Positions 1-10,600 of a DNA stretch of 34,435 nucleotides are shown piece by piece (position 1 is the stretch's first letter; the number at the start of each line of letters is the position of its first letter). The DNA comes from a virus (Duplodnaviria; Caudoviricetes), in the IMG/VR virus record IMGVR_UViG_3300030330_002724, positions 1 to 34,435 of that record; one strand, given 5' to 3'. The notes under the pieces are model-generated. The model saw nothing but the letters and a program-made list of their open reading frames with translations. It had not been told where the DNA came from and ran no database searches. The position numbers and the translations under genes were made by a program.

Positions 1-129
1 TGCCCGTGTGCCCCCCCCGTATATAAAACCACTAGGTACCATTAAGCTATAAAGTCTTGCTTTCGCGACCTATTTGTATAAGGCATGACTTTTCTATATA
101 AAACAAAAGTGAGAAACGGAATACCTTGT

Positions 130-297
130 ATGCAAAAAAATCCCGGAGAAAATTTTTCGACTGTAGAGGTCGATCCCGTAACAGGTGAGTATGTGATCAA
201 GGTACCTGAGTGGATCATTAGTGAATTCGGGTGGTATGAGGGTACAGAGATTAATATGGAAGTAGATGGTGACTCAATACTGATAACCGAACCGTAA
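130..297 (+). CDS. AbrB/MazE/SpoVT-like small DNA-binding protein (55 aa)
   Basis: In-frame ATG at 130 within track ORF 85..297. GEYVIKVPEWIISEFGWYEGTEINMEVDGDSILI fits the swapped-hairpin pattern (IxxP..I...LG...G..I.+.V.G..I.I). The start choice is an inference. Confidence 0.7.
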   Translation: MQKNPGENFSTVEVDPVTGEYVIKVPEWIISEFGWYEGTEINMEVDGDSILITEP

Positions 298-300
298 TCA

Positions 301-329
301 TTGACTATCGTATAAGATGATAGTATAAT
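301..329 (+). promoter_or_regulatory. sigma70-type (early) promoter
   Basis: TTGACT at 301-306, a 17-bp spacer and a perfect TATAAT at 324-329. Intergenic, 38 bp upstream of ATG 368. Confidence 0.85.
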
Positions 330-367
330 TACTATTGAATCGATTCACATTCAAACTTGACCTAATT

Positions 368-1123
368 ATGGCAAAAGGATTTACAGTAAAAGCAAAAACG
401 CCCACAGTAACAAAAGAACCTGAGTGGGACTATGCTAAAGCAAGAGAGATGATCAAAGGTAAGACAGTAGTCTTCTGTCTACCTGGTAGAGGAGTATCAT
501 ATACGTATTTGAAGAACTTTGTACAACTTTGTTTTGATCTTGTACAATGTGGAGCAAGTATTCAGATTTCACAAGACTATTCGTCTATGGTGAACTTTGC
601 ACGTTGTAAGTGTTTGGGTGCTAATGTATTGCGTGGACCAGATCAGAAACCATGGGATGGTAAGTTAAAGTATGATTATCAATTGTGGATTGATAGTGAT
701 ATTGTATTCAATGTAGAGAAATTCTATCAATTGGTATTGATGGATAAGGACATTGCATCTGGTTGGTATTGTACTGAAGATGGTCAGACAACTAGTGTTG
801 CTCATTGGATGGATGAAGAAGACTTCCGTGGTAATGGTGGTGTTATGAACCATGAGACCTTGGAGAGTATTGCGAAGCGTAAGAAACCCTTCACTGTTGA
901 CTATGCAGGTTTTGGATGGTTGCTAATCAAGAATGGTGTCTTTGAGCATGATGAGATCAAGTATCCATGGTTTGCACCTAAGATGCAGGTCTTTGAATCT
1001 GGTGAAGTACAGGACATGTGTGGAGAGGATGTATCCTTCTGTCTTGATGCGAAGGAAGCAGGATTTGAGATTTGGTGTGATCCTCGTATCAGAGTTGGTC
1101 ACGAAAAGACTCGCGTTATCTGA
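368..1123 (+). CDS. GT-A fold (family 2-like) glycosyltransferase-like protein
   Basis: ATG at 368 (MAKGFTVKAK). Carries ARCK (ARN-like motif), the WIDSDIVF DxD motif, GFGWLLIK, GEDVSFC and C-terminal VGHEK, the usual motif order of GT-A enzymes. Confidence 0.75.
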   Translation: MAKGFTVKAKTPTVTKEPEWDYAKAREMIKGKTVVFCLPGRGVSYTYLKNFVQLCFDLVQCGASIQISQDYSSMVNFARCKCLGANVLRGPDQKPWDGKLKYDYQLWIDSDIVFNVEKFYQLVLMDKDIASGWYCTEDGQTTSVAHWMDEEDFRGNGGVMNHETLESIAKRKKPFTVDYAGFGWLLIKNGVFEHDEIKYPWFAPKMQVFESGEVQDMCGEDVSFCLDAKEAGFEIWCDPRIRVGHEKTRVI

Positions 1124-1290
1124 TGAGTGCGCGGGAACTCTATACAATCTCTCATAATGGTCAAGTACTTGCTGAAGGCTTGACCCAAGAGGAGTATTTT
1201 GATAAAATGATGGACCTGGCGGAGGACTTCTACTCTTCTGGGTCTCCGAATCCCTCGGAATTAATTACAACCATTACTAAGGAAGACTAA
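1123..1290 (+). CDS. small acidic hypothetical protein (55 aa, not in ORF track)
   Basis: ATG overlaps the upstream stop (TGATG). Translation MSARELYTISHNGQVLAEGLTQEEYFDKMMDLAEDFYSSGSPNPSELITTITKED fills the gap exactly. Confidence 0.75.
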   Translation: MSARELYTISHNGQVLAEGLTQEEYFDKMMDLAEDFYSSGSPNPSELITTITKED

Positions 1291-1296
1291 GTTATT

Positions 1297-1443
1297 ATGG
1301 CACGCTCTAAAGTCGGTCTCTCTGGCGAAAAGATGATCGAGTCTAAACCGAAGAAGACTCGTCAAGGATCCGGAAAAAACACGAAATATACCGCTTCTTC
1401 TCGCAATGGTGCTAAGAAGCGTTATCGCGGTCAAGGTCGGTGA
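1297..1443 (+). CDS. small highly basic protein (48 aa, not in ORF track)
   Basis: MARSKVGLSGEKMIESKPKKTRQGSGKNTKYTASSRNGAKKRYRGQGR. Starts 6 bp after the previous stop; 15 K/R versus 2 E. Confidence 0.8.
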   Translation: MARSKVGLSGEKMIESKPKKTRQGSGKNTKYTASSRNGAKKRYRGQGR

Positions 1444-1471
1444 TACATATTGTTAGAATATAAACAAATGT

Positions 1472-2152
1472 ATGGCTTGTTTGATCGCTAATCTTCCTTC
1501 AATGGAAGTATGGGTTCGTAAAGAATATTTGACTGATCATCAATTTGGTCATGGCGAATTTGTAAAGGGCGTTTGGGTATCGGTTAAATCCATACCTGGA
1601 CGCGCTTTTTATTTTGAAACCTACTTACCAGAATATGCGGCAATGTATGATAAATTGCCGATTAGTGCTTTCGTATCAGATCCAGAAACACCAACACCTG
1701 ATATGAATCTACCTAACCTACAATTCTGGAATTGTATGGATTATGGTGTTGTATCAGTTGATAAGAAATTTATTGGTTCAATGGATTTTGAATGCTACAC
1801 TAGAGATCATGGTATTCAAAAAGGTACTTACGTTTGTACAATTGACAATTATCATCATGACCCTGATTATGTTGATTGGGCAACTAGTGAAAATCCAGCA
1901 GAACATAAGTCTCATAACTTAATTGAACTGGATAATGGACAGTACGCTCTCTATCCTAATAACCGTTTACGGATCTTTGATAATAGTTTGACTCCTGTTG
2001 ATCCTAAGATGCCTGATTTTAAGGTATCAACTCAATATTACTCTGTTGAAAATGGATTTGAACGCCTTGGTATGGGTCGTGAAGATGAATACCATTGGAA
2101 GACTGCTAAAGAACGGGAAGAGGAGGAGAAAATAAATACCGATGAGGGATAG
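1472..2152 (+). CDS. conserved hypothetical phage protein (226 aa)
   Basis: Long ORF with phage-like codon usage, rich in aromatic and His residues (EHKSHN, YPNNR). No function recognised. Confidence 0.8.
   Translation: MACLIANLPSMEVWVRKEYLTDHQFGHGEFVKGVWVSVKSIPGRAFYFETYLPEYAAMYDKLPISAFVSDPETPTPDMNLPNLQFWNCMDYGVVSVDKKFIGSMDFECYTRDHGIQKGTYVCTIDNYHHDPDYVDWATSENPAEHKSHNLIELDNGQYALYPNNRLRIFDNSLTPVDPKMPDFKVSTQYYSVENGFERLGMGREDEYHWKTAKEREEEEKINTDEG
2131..2138 (+). promoter_or_regulatory. possible T4-type late promoter (AATAAATA)
   Basis: 7/8 match to TATAAATA in the last codons of the upstream gene, just 5' of the structured element and ORF 2194. Confidence 0.5.
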
Positions 2153-2190
2153 AAACCCCTATAAAAGTTCTGATTCACACGATCAGGAGC
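2145..2190 (+). promoter_or_regulatory. candidate cis-regulatory RNA: small stem-loop/pseudoknot plus SD-sequestering hairpin
   Basis: AGGG(2145-48)/CCCT(2157-60) stem with loop ATAGAAAC and A-rich linker. TTCTGATT(2168-75)/GATCAGGA(2181-88) hairpin covers the AGGAG SD of ATG 2194. Confidence 0.5.
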
Positions 2191-2193
2191 ACA

Positions 2194-2340
2194 ATGGGTA
2201 ACTCACCTGTCGATAGAGACAAAGACTATATGTTCCAAGCACATGGTACTAGGAGTTTAATTACTGACTATTGGTCAATGCCTCATAAAACAAATGATGA
2301 CCCTGAAGAATTGACGAAAGAAGAACAAAATCGGGAATGA
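2194..2340 (+). CDS. small hypothetical protein (48 aa, not in ORF track)
   Basis: AGGAG SD at 2185-2189. Translation MGNSPVDRDKDYMFQAHGTRSLITDYWSMPHKTNDDPEELTKEEQNRE; stop directly precedes a late promoter. Confidence 0.7.
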   Translation: MGNSPVDRDKDYMFQAHGTRSLITDYWSMPHKTNDDPEELTKEEQNRE

Positions 2341-2343
2341 GGG

Positions 2344-2351
2344 TATAAATA
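2344..2351 (+). promoter_or_regulatory. T4-type late promoter (gp55-dependent)
   Basis: Perfect intergenic TATAAATA, 24 bp upstream of gp25. Confidence 0.85.
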
Positions 2352-2375
2352 AATTCATAAAATCCTACCCATACG

Positions 2376-2777
2376 ATGTCTTCTCAGAGGGTTTCTAGAG
2401 CATTTAAAGATATTAGTTTCGCCTTCGATCCACATCCTGTGACGAAGGACCTTCCAGTGTTAATTAATCAACGTGCAATCATTAGATCTGTACGTAATTT
2501 GGTTGAAACAATACCAACTGAACGATTCTTTAACTCTACATTAGGTACTGATATCCGTGGATCCCTCTTTGAGTTTATTGATTATGGTACTGCTACCGTA
2601 ATTCAAGACCAAATTAAGAATACTGTTGAATTTTATGAGGATCGAATTGAAAATTTAAAGATTGAAGTTGATCCTCAACCTGATAGAAATAGTTTTGATG
2701 TAAAAGTATTCTTTGATATCGTTGGTTCAGACTTTCCACCTCAAGCCTTCTCCTTTATATTGGAGGCAACGCGATAA
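2376..2777 (+). CDS. gp25: baseplate wedge subunit gp25
   Basis: FKDISFAF.PHPVTKDL, AI.RSVRNLV.T...ERFF...LG motifs; 133 aa; directly upstream of gp6. Confidence 0.92.
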   Translation: MSSQRVSRAFKDISFAFDPHPVTKDLPVLINQRAIIRSVRNLVETIPTERFFNSTLGTDIRGSLFEFIDYGTATVIQDQIKNTVEFYEDRIENLKIEVDPQPDRNSFDVKVFFDIVGSDFPPQAFSFILEATR

Positions 2778-2780
2778 GAC

Positions 2781-4682
2781 ATGCCTTTTACACAGTTTAC
2801 TAACTTAGATTTTGATCAAATTAAGGTTCAAATCAAAGATTATCTCCGCGCTAACTCCAATTTTACGGATTTTGACTTTGAAGGATCTAATTTTTCAGTT
2901 CTAATCGACACCTTAGCGTACAATACTTACATTAACGCTTTCAATGCGAACCTTGTAGTCAATGAATCCTTCCTGGATGGTGCTACAGTTCGTGAAAACG
3001 TGGTTTCTCATGCCAGAAACATTGGTTATATACCACGTTCTAAGACTGCTGCTAAGGCAAACGTTACTTTCGCAGTACCAACCACTAGTAATGCTGCTAC
3101 ATTGACCTTAGAATCGGGTTTAACGTGCATTGGTGCTCAAGATAACACTTCATATCGCTTCTCAATACCTGCATCTATCACTGCCATCGTCAATAATGGC
3201 GTTGCACAGTTCGGTACTGCTGAAAATCCTATAGAAATCTTTCAAGGATCGCTGCTCTCTACACAATTCTTGGTCAATACGGCACAAGATCAGCGTTTTC
3301 TCCTTGATAATCCTAATATTGACACTTCAACCATCAGAGTTTACGTCAAAGGTATCAATGATACTGGTTTAGGGCGTGAATTTAAGATGGTTGATAACAT
3401 TTTAAACATTGATAAGACCTCTGAGATCTTCCTAATTCAAGAAGTTCAGGAAGAACGCTATGAATTGCTGTTTGGTGATGGATATTTTGGTAAAAAATTA
3501 GAAAATAACGCTGTTGTGACTGTTAGTTACATCGTAACTGATGGTGAAGCAGGTAATGGACCTTCACTTTTTGATTTCCAAGGCAATTTTGTTGATGAAG
3601 GTGGAATTAGAGTCATTCCTAGCGCCTCAGTGCCCGTTGTAACCGTCCAGAAGGCACAGAACGGTGGTGAAGTAGAGAACTTATCGTCTATCAAGTACTT
3701 CGCTCCTAGACTCTATTCAGCACAGTACAGAGCGGTTACTGCTAGAGACTATGAAGCAATCATTGCTTCAGTTTATCCTAATACAGAATCCGTTGCAGTG
3801 GTTGGTGGTGAAGAATTAACACCTCCACAGTTTGGTAGTGTACAGATCAGTATTAAACCTAAGAACGGTACATATGTTTCTGACTTCGATAAGCAGAACA
3901 TTCTGAATAAGATCAAGCAATATTCAATCGCTGGTATTAACCAGAAGATTGTTGATCTCAAAGTTCTTTATGTTGAACTTGATTCAACAGTCTACTACAA
4001 CAATAGTCAGGTATCTAATGTTGATGACCTTAGAACTAATGTTATTAGTGCTTTGACGACTTATTCCAAAGATGTTGATATGAATCGCTTTGGTGGTCGC
4101 TTCAAGTACAGTAAAGTCCTGCAACTTATTGATCGTGTTGAGGATTCCATCACTTCTAACATTACAAAGGTGAGAATTAGAAGAGATATGAAGGTTCTTA
4201 AGAACCAGTTTGCTCAGTATGAGATTTGTTTTGGTAATAGATTCCATGTCAATCCAAATGGATTGAACATCAAGTCAACTGGATTCAGGATTGCTGGAGA
4301 ACCTTCACTTGTATATCTGACTGATGCTCCAGTTGATACAGAAATTGGTATTCTTTCTATCGTTAAGATCGATTCACAGGGCAATAGAGTAGTTGTTGCT
4401 AGAGAAGCAGGAACTGTCGATTATAAGAAGGGTGAAGTTCTCCTTACTACTGTAAATATCACTGAAACAGAAAGACCAAACGATATTATTGAGATTCAAG
4501 CATACCCAGAATCGAATGATGTTGTGGGACTCAAAGATCTTTATCTTTCATTCGACATCCCAAGTAGCACGATAAATATGGTTAAAGATGTTATCGCATC
4601 TGGTGAAGATATTTCTGGCGTTTCGTTCACAAGAGATTACTACACTTCAAGTTATTCAAACGGAGTATTACAGAGGAAATAA
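2781..4682 (+). CDS. gp6: baseplate wedge subunit gp6
   Basis: LDFDQIK...FTDFDFEGSNFSVLIDTLAYNTY, ESFLDGATVRENVVSHARNIGY, FGDG..GK and RAVTARDYE motifs; 633 aa. Confidence 0.95.
   Translation: MPFTQFTNLDFDQIKVQIKDYLRANSNFTDFDFEGSNFSVLIDTLAYNTYINAFNANLVVNESFLDGATVRENVVSHARNIGYIPRSKTAAKANVTFAVPTTSNAATLTLESGLTCIGAQDNTSYRFSIPASITAIVNNGVAQFGTAENPIEIFQGSLLSTQFLVNTAQDQRFLLDNPNIDTSTIRVYVKGINDTGLGREFKMVDNILNIDKTSEIFLIQEVQEERYELLFGDGYFGKKLENNAVVTVSYIVTDGEAGNGPSLFDFQGNFVDEGGIRVIPSASVPVVTVQKAQNGGEVENLSSIKYFAPRLYSAQYRAVTARDYEAIIASVYPNTESVAVVGGEELTPPQFGSVQISIKPKNGTYVSDFDKQNILNKIKQYSIAGINQKIVDLKVLYVELDSTVYYNNSQVSNVDDLRTNVISALTTYSKDVDMNRFGGRFKYSKVLQLIDRVEDSITSNITKVRIRRDMKVLKNQFAQYEICFGNRFHVNPNGLNIKSTGFRIAGEPSLVYLTDAPVDTEIGILSIVKIDSQGNRVVVAREAGTVDYKKGEVLLTTVNITETERPNDIIEIQAYPESNDVVGLKDLYLSFDIPSSTINMVKDVIASGEDISGVSFTRDYYTSSYSNGVLQRK
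4571..4578 (+). promoter_or_regulatory. probable late promoter embedded in gp6 3' end (GATAAATA)
   Basis: 7/8 match to TATAAATA about 110 bp upstream of the gp7-like start. Confidence 0.5.
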
Positions 4683-4685
4683 GAT

Positions 4686-7600
4686 ATGTCGCATTTTGAG
4701 AAGAAAGTGCAACTCAATAAAATTATTGAGAGCCAACTTCCCGAATTCTTAGTTGCCGATTTTCCAAAGGCAGTAGATTTTTTCAGACAATATTATATCT
4801 CCCAAGAAGCACAGGGTGGTAATATCGACCTGGTAGATAACCTTGATCGTTATCTCAAGTTAGATAATCTGATTCCTGAGGTTGTTGTCGGTAAAGCAAC
4901 TCTGTCTGCTGCTATTAGTACAACAGATACAACAATCACAGTCTCTTCAACGAAGGGATATCCGGATGACTATGGTCTCCTGAAGATTGGTGATGAAATT
5001 ATCACTTACACTGGCAAGACTGATACCACGTTTACTGGATGTATTCGTGGTTTTAGTGGCGTTACTGGGTTTGATGATAGTACAAAGGCACATTTTGTAA
5101 ATACGAATCGCCAAAGTGTCATCTTTGAAGACACTGCTGCTGCTTCTCATAATGCAAATGTAGAGATTCAAAACCTTAGTGCTCTCTTCTTACAGCAGTT
5201 CTATAAGAGTTTAAAGAAAGCATTTACTCCTGGATTTGAAGAAGAGACTTTTGTATCTGATTTGAACGTTGCTAACTTCATTAAGCACGCTAGAAACTTC
5301 TATCAGTCTAAAGGTATTGAAGAGTCTGTAATTATCCTCTTCAAGGTCCTCTACGGCGTCACAGCGAAGGTTATTGACCTAGAGGGTAGACTGATCAAAC
5401 CATCCTCTGCAGACTATATCAGAAGGGAGGTAGTGGTCGCTGAGCAGATCTCTGGTAATCCTTTTGGTCTGGAAGGTCAAACTATTTTTAGATCTAGTGA
5501 TCTGAACACAAATGCTTCTGTTTCTGAAGTAGAAATCTTCACTAGGGATACCAAATCTTTTTACAAACTCGGTCTCTTTGTTGGATATAATGATAGAGAT
5601 CTTGTAGAAGGAACTTTTATTGTTCCTGGATTCTCAAGAGTCTTAGAATCTGTCTCACCTGGTGATTCTGTTATCACTGTAGACTCTACAATCGGTTTCC
5701 CAGAGTCTGGAACTATTGTTAGTGGAAGCAATACAATCACGTATACTTCCAAGAGTATTAATCAATTCTTTGGATGTAGTGGAATTACTGCAACTATTAA
5801 TGTTGCTGATGATATTAGATCTGATGAAATTATATTCGGATATGAAGATGGTGATGCAAGTAAGAAGTGTGAACTTCGTATCACTGGTGTTCTCTCAGAA
5901 TTTGAGGCATTAGAAGATATTCCACTGATGGAAGTTGGTGAAGAAGTTGCTGTAAGAAATATTGGTGAGGTAATCTTCAATCCAGATAGCGATAGAACAT
6001 ATAAGCAAGTATTCGCTAACTCTTGGATTTACAACACAAAGGCTAGATTTGAAGTTCAAACTATTCAGGGTGGTTCATTCTTCCTTTATGAAGATGTCGA
6101 TAAGGCACAATTGAGAGTTGGTGACACTGTTGATATTCTTATTGGATCTAGTAATGTTGTAGCACCTAATGGATCTGGTGCTCTAGTATCTTCAATTAAT
6201 GGTAAAGAAGTAAGTTTTAGTAATATCTCCGCATTCTCACCCGTCTCAACACAATCTTATAGCATTAGAAGAAATCTGATCAAGGGTCAGAGTCTGGGAG
6301 CACCTATCAAGGAAGGAAATGATGTATATGTTGCCAATGCTCTCAACGTTTACACCGATGATAGTGAATCTTTTGGATATGTAGCATCACATTCTTTACC
6401 TGGATATCAAATTGTTGATGAGATTATTGAATCTTCAATACCTAATGGTCTTGAAGCAAACCTTGGTGGGTATAGTGATGCACTGAAGACTTGGAAAACA
6501 ATTAAATTTCCTAGTGCAGTACGATTTATCAGTGGAGATCAGATCAAATACGTTGCCGATAATCCACTTTCTGGATTAGTTTCTGGTGAGTATTACTATG
6601 TTAAAGTAATCAAATCCAATGAAGTTCAATTATATGCATCAAAATCTGCATTAAAGACAGAAATAACTGTAAAATATCCAGATGGAGAACAACCAGTTCG
6701 TTTCATACCTAATTCTTTAGGTGGGACTCATACATTTACTTTACAAAGACATGAAGATAAGCAACTATCTTCGAACAATATTCTTAGAAAGTTCCCACTC
6801 AAACAGACACTTTCTCAACAGAAAGAGATAACCAGAAATCTTGGCAACATTGGTGTGCTGGTTGATGGTGTTGAAATTAGCAGTCCCGAATCTAGGGATC
6901 AAATTTTCTTTGGACCTCTTGAAAAATTTGAAATTCTTAATGGTGGTAAGGACTATGATGTAATCAACCCACCCGAAATTACAATTAGTGTTGGGCAAGG
7001 AAGAACTGTAGGTCTTGTAACTGCACTTGTAGAACCAGTCATCATTGGTAGTGTAAAAGAAGTTCTTGTTGATCCACAAACTTTTGACGTTGAAGATGTT
7101 CTGTCAGTAAGTATTACTGGCGGAAATGGTGATGGATGTACTTTAGAACCAATTACTGGAAAGAGATTTAGAGAAGTTGAGTTTGATAGTCGTGCTAGAA
7201 CTCTTGGTGGTGGTGTTGATATTGCAGAAGAGACCATTACTTTCTTAGAGGATCACAATTTCTTTGATGGTCAGACTCTAGTCTATAATCATAACAACAA
7301 TGATCCAATTTCTATTGGAAGTGCATACGATATTAATAATACAATCAGTGGAACTTTAATCAGTGGTGACGAATATGTTGTTAAGGTAGTTAATACTAAG
7401 ACAGTTAAACTTCACCTGAGTGAAGCAGATGCTCTTAATGAAGGTGTAGGTATTAACACTATTGGACTTTCTACTGCAACATCTGCTAGTGGTATTCATA
7501 AGTTTAGAACTCTTGCTACTAATAACCTTAGACAGATCAAAGTTCTTACTCCTGGTTCTGGATATACTCATAGAAAGTTAAGAGTAAAAGCATCTGGAAT

Positions 7601-10600
7601 CTCTACAGTCTACAATACTGTATCTCATAAGGACCATGGATTTGAGACAGGTGAGACTGTTGTTTATTCTTCTACTGGAAACACTGTTGGTGGACTGAAT
7701 ACTACAGATCAATATCAAATTGAAAAGATCGACTCAGATACATTTAGAGTAATCAATGTAGGTGTTGGTGGTACAGTCACTACAGATAGTGTAAGAAACA
7801 AGTATGTTGATCTTACAGACGCTGGTAGTGGGTACCATATTTTCCAATATCCTCCTATTGAAGTATCTGCAAACGTTTCTTTTGGTGGAACGACTGGAAC
7901 ATTCACATTCACCCCACTGATTACTGGAGAAATCACTGATGCATATCTTTATGAATCGGGTATTGGATATGGTTCTACAACATTAAATCTTCACAAGAAA
8001 CCAAGCATTTTTATTACCAAGGGTGAAGGAGCACAACTTGCACCGATCATTAATAATGGAAGAATTACTGCTGTACAAATTTTAAACAAAGGGTCTGGTT
8101 ATGTATCTATTCCAGAGCTAGTTATTGAAGATGGTTCTAGTCCTGCGGGTACTGGAGCAATACTTAGACCTGTCATGGTTAATGGTAGAATCGATGATAT
8201 TGTTGTAATTAATGAAGGTATTGGATATAGTACAAATGCAACATCCATCTATGTAAAGTCAAGAGGACTTGGTGCTAAGTTTGATTGTAGAGTTAGATCT
8301 CTTGAAATCAATGATGCACAAAGATTCTCAGACTTCTCTAAGAATCAATCTAAGAAGATCTTCTCAAATCTTTATAAGAACGATAAAGAAGATTCTCTTG
8401 TGTATGGAATCTATGGATATTCCGAAGATCTTGCAACTAATCTTGAACCACTCGATAGTAACCACTCACCAATCATTGGATGGGCATATGATGGAAATCC
8501 AATCTATGGACCTTTCGCATACTCAGATCCAGAAAATATTCAGTCTGGTGTAAGAATTCTTGATACCAGTTATGATCTTCAACCTAATACCATTGAAGAT
8601 AGACCAGACTTTGCTGATGGATTCTTCATTCAAGACTACAAATATACTGGAAGTGGAGACTTAGATAAGCACAACGGTCGTTTTGGTAAGACTCCAGAGT
8701 TCCCAGATGGAATCTATGCTTACTTTGTAGGTGTAACTACAACTATTACTTCACCAACTCCTGCTGCATTTGAACCTGAATATCCATATTTTATTGGAAA
8801 TACATATCGCTCTGAGGTTCTTGAAGAGAACTTTAAGTTGGATCATAAGTTTGACTTCAATAATTCAAATCTTTCTAGAAATACATTCCCATACAATATA
8901 AATCGTCCTAGAGCGGACTATGATTTCATTAATGAGGGATACGAAAGTGCCGATCAGATAAGTCTTGTAAAGGCAGTATCTCAAGGAACTGCTGATCGCG
9001 TTGATGTTATTGATGGTGGTGTTGGATATCGTATTGGTGATAGAGTCAATTTTGATAGTGAAGGAACAAATGGTGCTGGTCTCAGAGCACAAGTATCTGA
9101 ACTAGTTGGTGTTGCAATCACTTCTGTTAACACAACTCTTGAAAATTATGAGGGTGTTGTATTTGAGTGGGATAGTGATAAGCAAGTATCTGCATATAAT
9201 ACTCCTGGGTTTGATGTCTTTAATAATGACACTGTTCTTATTACTGGACTATCAACATCTGTAATCTCTCTTGCAGGATCTGTTAAGGTTGGTTTTAGTA
9301 CAGAGGTTGTTTCTCTTGCAGGAACAATGACGGGTTATACCGCCACACCATATGGTAGATACGAGGATATCTTCCTTTCCAGAAGGTTCAATAATGTTTC
9401 CATTGGAAACACAATGAAAATCGTTTCTTCTCTTGGAACAGAAGAAGTAACTATTCTCAATGATTTCAATAATGGTGTTCTAAGAGTTAAGAGACATGGA
9501 GCAGCAGGTGTTGCACATACCTATGGTAGTAGACTCGAACTTTTCAGTGATCGTATTACACTTCCAGTAAAAACTAAAGAATTTAGTTCTAAGAGAAATC
9601 AAGTAGTATTCTTCAATGGAGAACAGTCCGTTGGTGTTGGTCAGACTGCTGGTGCTGCTATTGATAGAACTTTCAATATTGGTAATACTGAGGTAACAGT
9701 TAATCTTCCGCTGAGACAGATTCGTGTACCAAACCATCCATTTAAGACTGGTCAAAAAGTTAAATTTGCTAAGTCTGGAAATCCAGCAGTAAATCAAATC
9801 ATTGTTGGTAATGATGATAGCAATACAAACACATTCTTTATTCCTCAAGCAGTATCTGAACTCTATGTAATTGATAAAGGTAGAGATTATATTGGTCTTA
9901 CCACTCAAGTTGGTCTTACCACTGCTGGAAATGGTCTTTTCTTCTATAGTGCTGGTAGTGACAACTCTGAGTACAGTCTCACAACAACATTTGATGAGTT
10001 AACTGGAGATCTTGCTAAGATCACCACTAAGATTAGTTGTGGTGCTACTCATGGATTACAAGAAGGTGATACTATTAAGTTGAATCTTGTTCCCAATACT
10101 ATCGTTGGTCTTGGAACAACTGCAGCAGCAACTGCTGCATATAATGAAGATAAGAAACTTCTCCTTATCAATCCTACAGGAATTAATTCAACAGGTATTA
10201 GTAGTGCAAATAATACCATCACAATTCCTGATCATGGATATAAGACTGGTGATAAACTGTTCTATGAATCCATTGAAGCAGCAGAAGGACTTGTTGCGGA
10301 TGAATCATATTATGTAATTAGAGATAGTTCTAGTACCTTTAGACTCGCTGAGACTCTTTATGAGAGCAATCCTTTAACTGAAAAGTCTATTAATATTGTT
10401 GGAACTGGTGATACCAATCATAAGTTCTCCCTGATTAATCCACAAATCAATGTAACAAGAAATAGTGATCTTCAAATCAAGTTAGAGGATCCATCTCTTA
10501 GTGGATATGAACTTAAGATTTACAGAGAGAATGAGTTTATCAATGAATATATTTCATCTTATGATAGTAGAGACTTCAATGTTGTCGGCGTAGGTTCCAT

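Noticed and set aside
85-129. Longer N-terminus for the AbrB-like ORF (likewise TTG starts at 335 and 26890)
   Set aside because: Downstream ATGs (130, 368, 26899) fit better. The 335 start would lie at the predicted transcription start, and 26890 overlaps the previous gene.
130-1123. MazEF-like toxin-antitoxin pair
   Set aside because: No toxin-like gene follows the AbrB-like ORF; the next gene is GT-like and has its own promoter.
1459-1466. TATAAACA as a late promoter
   Set aside because: Mismatch in the conserved core and only 5 bp from the ATG; possible for a leaderless transcript but not supportable.
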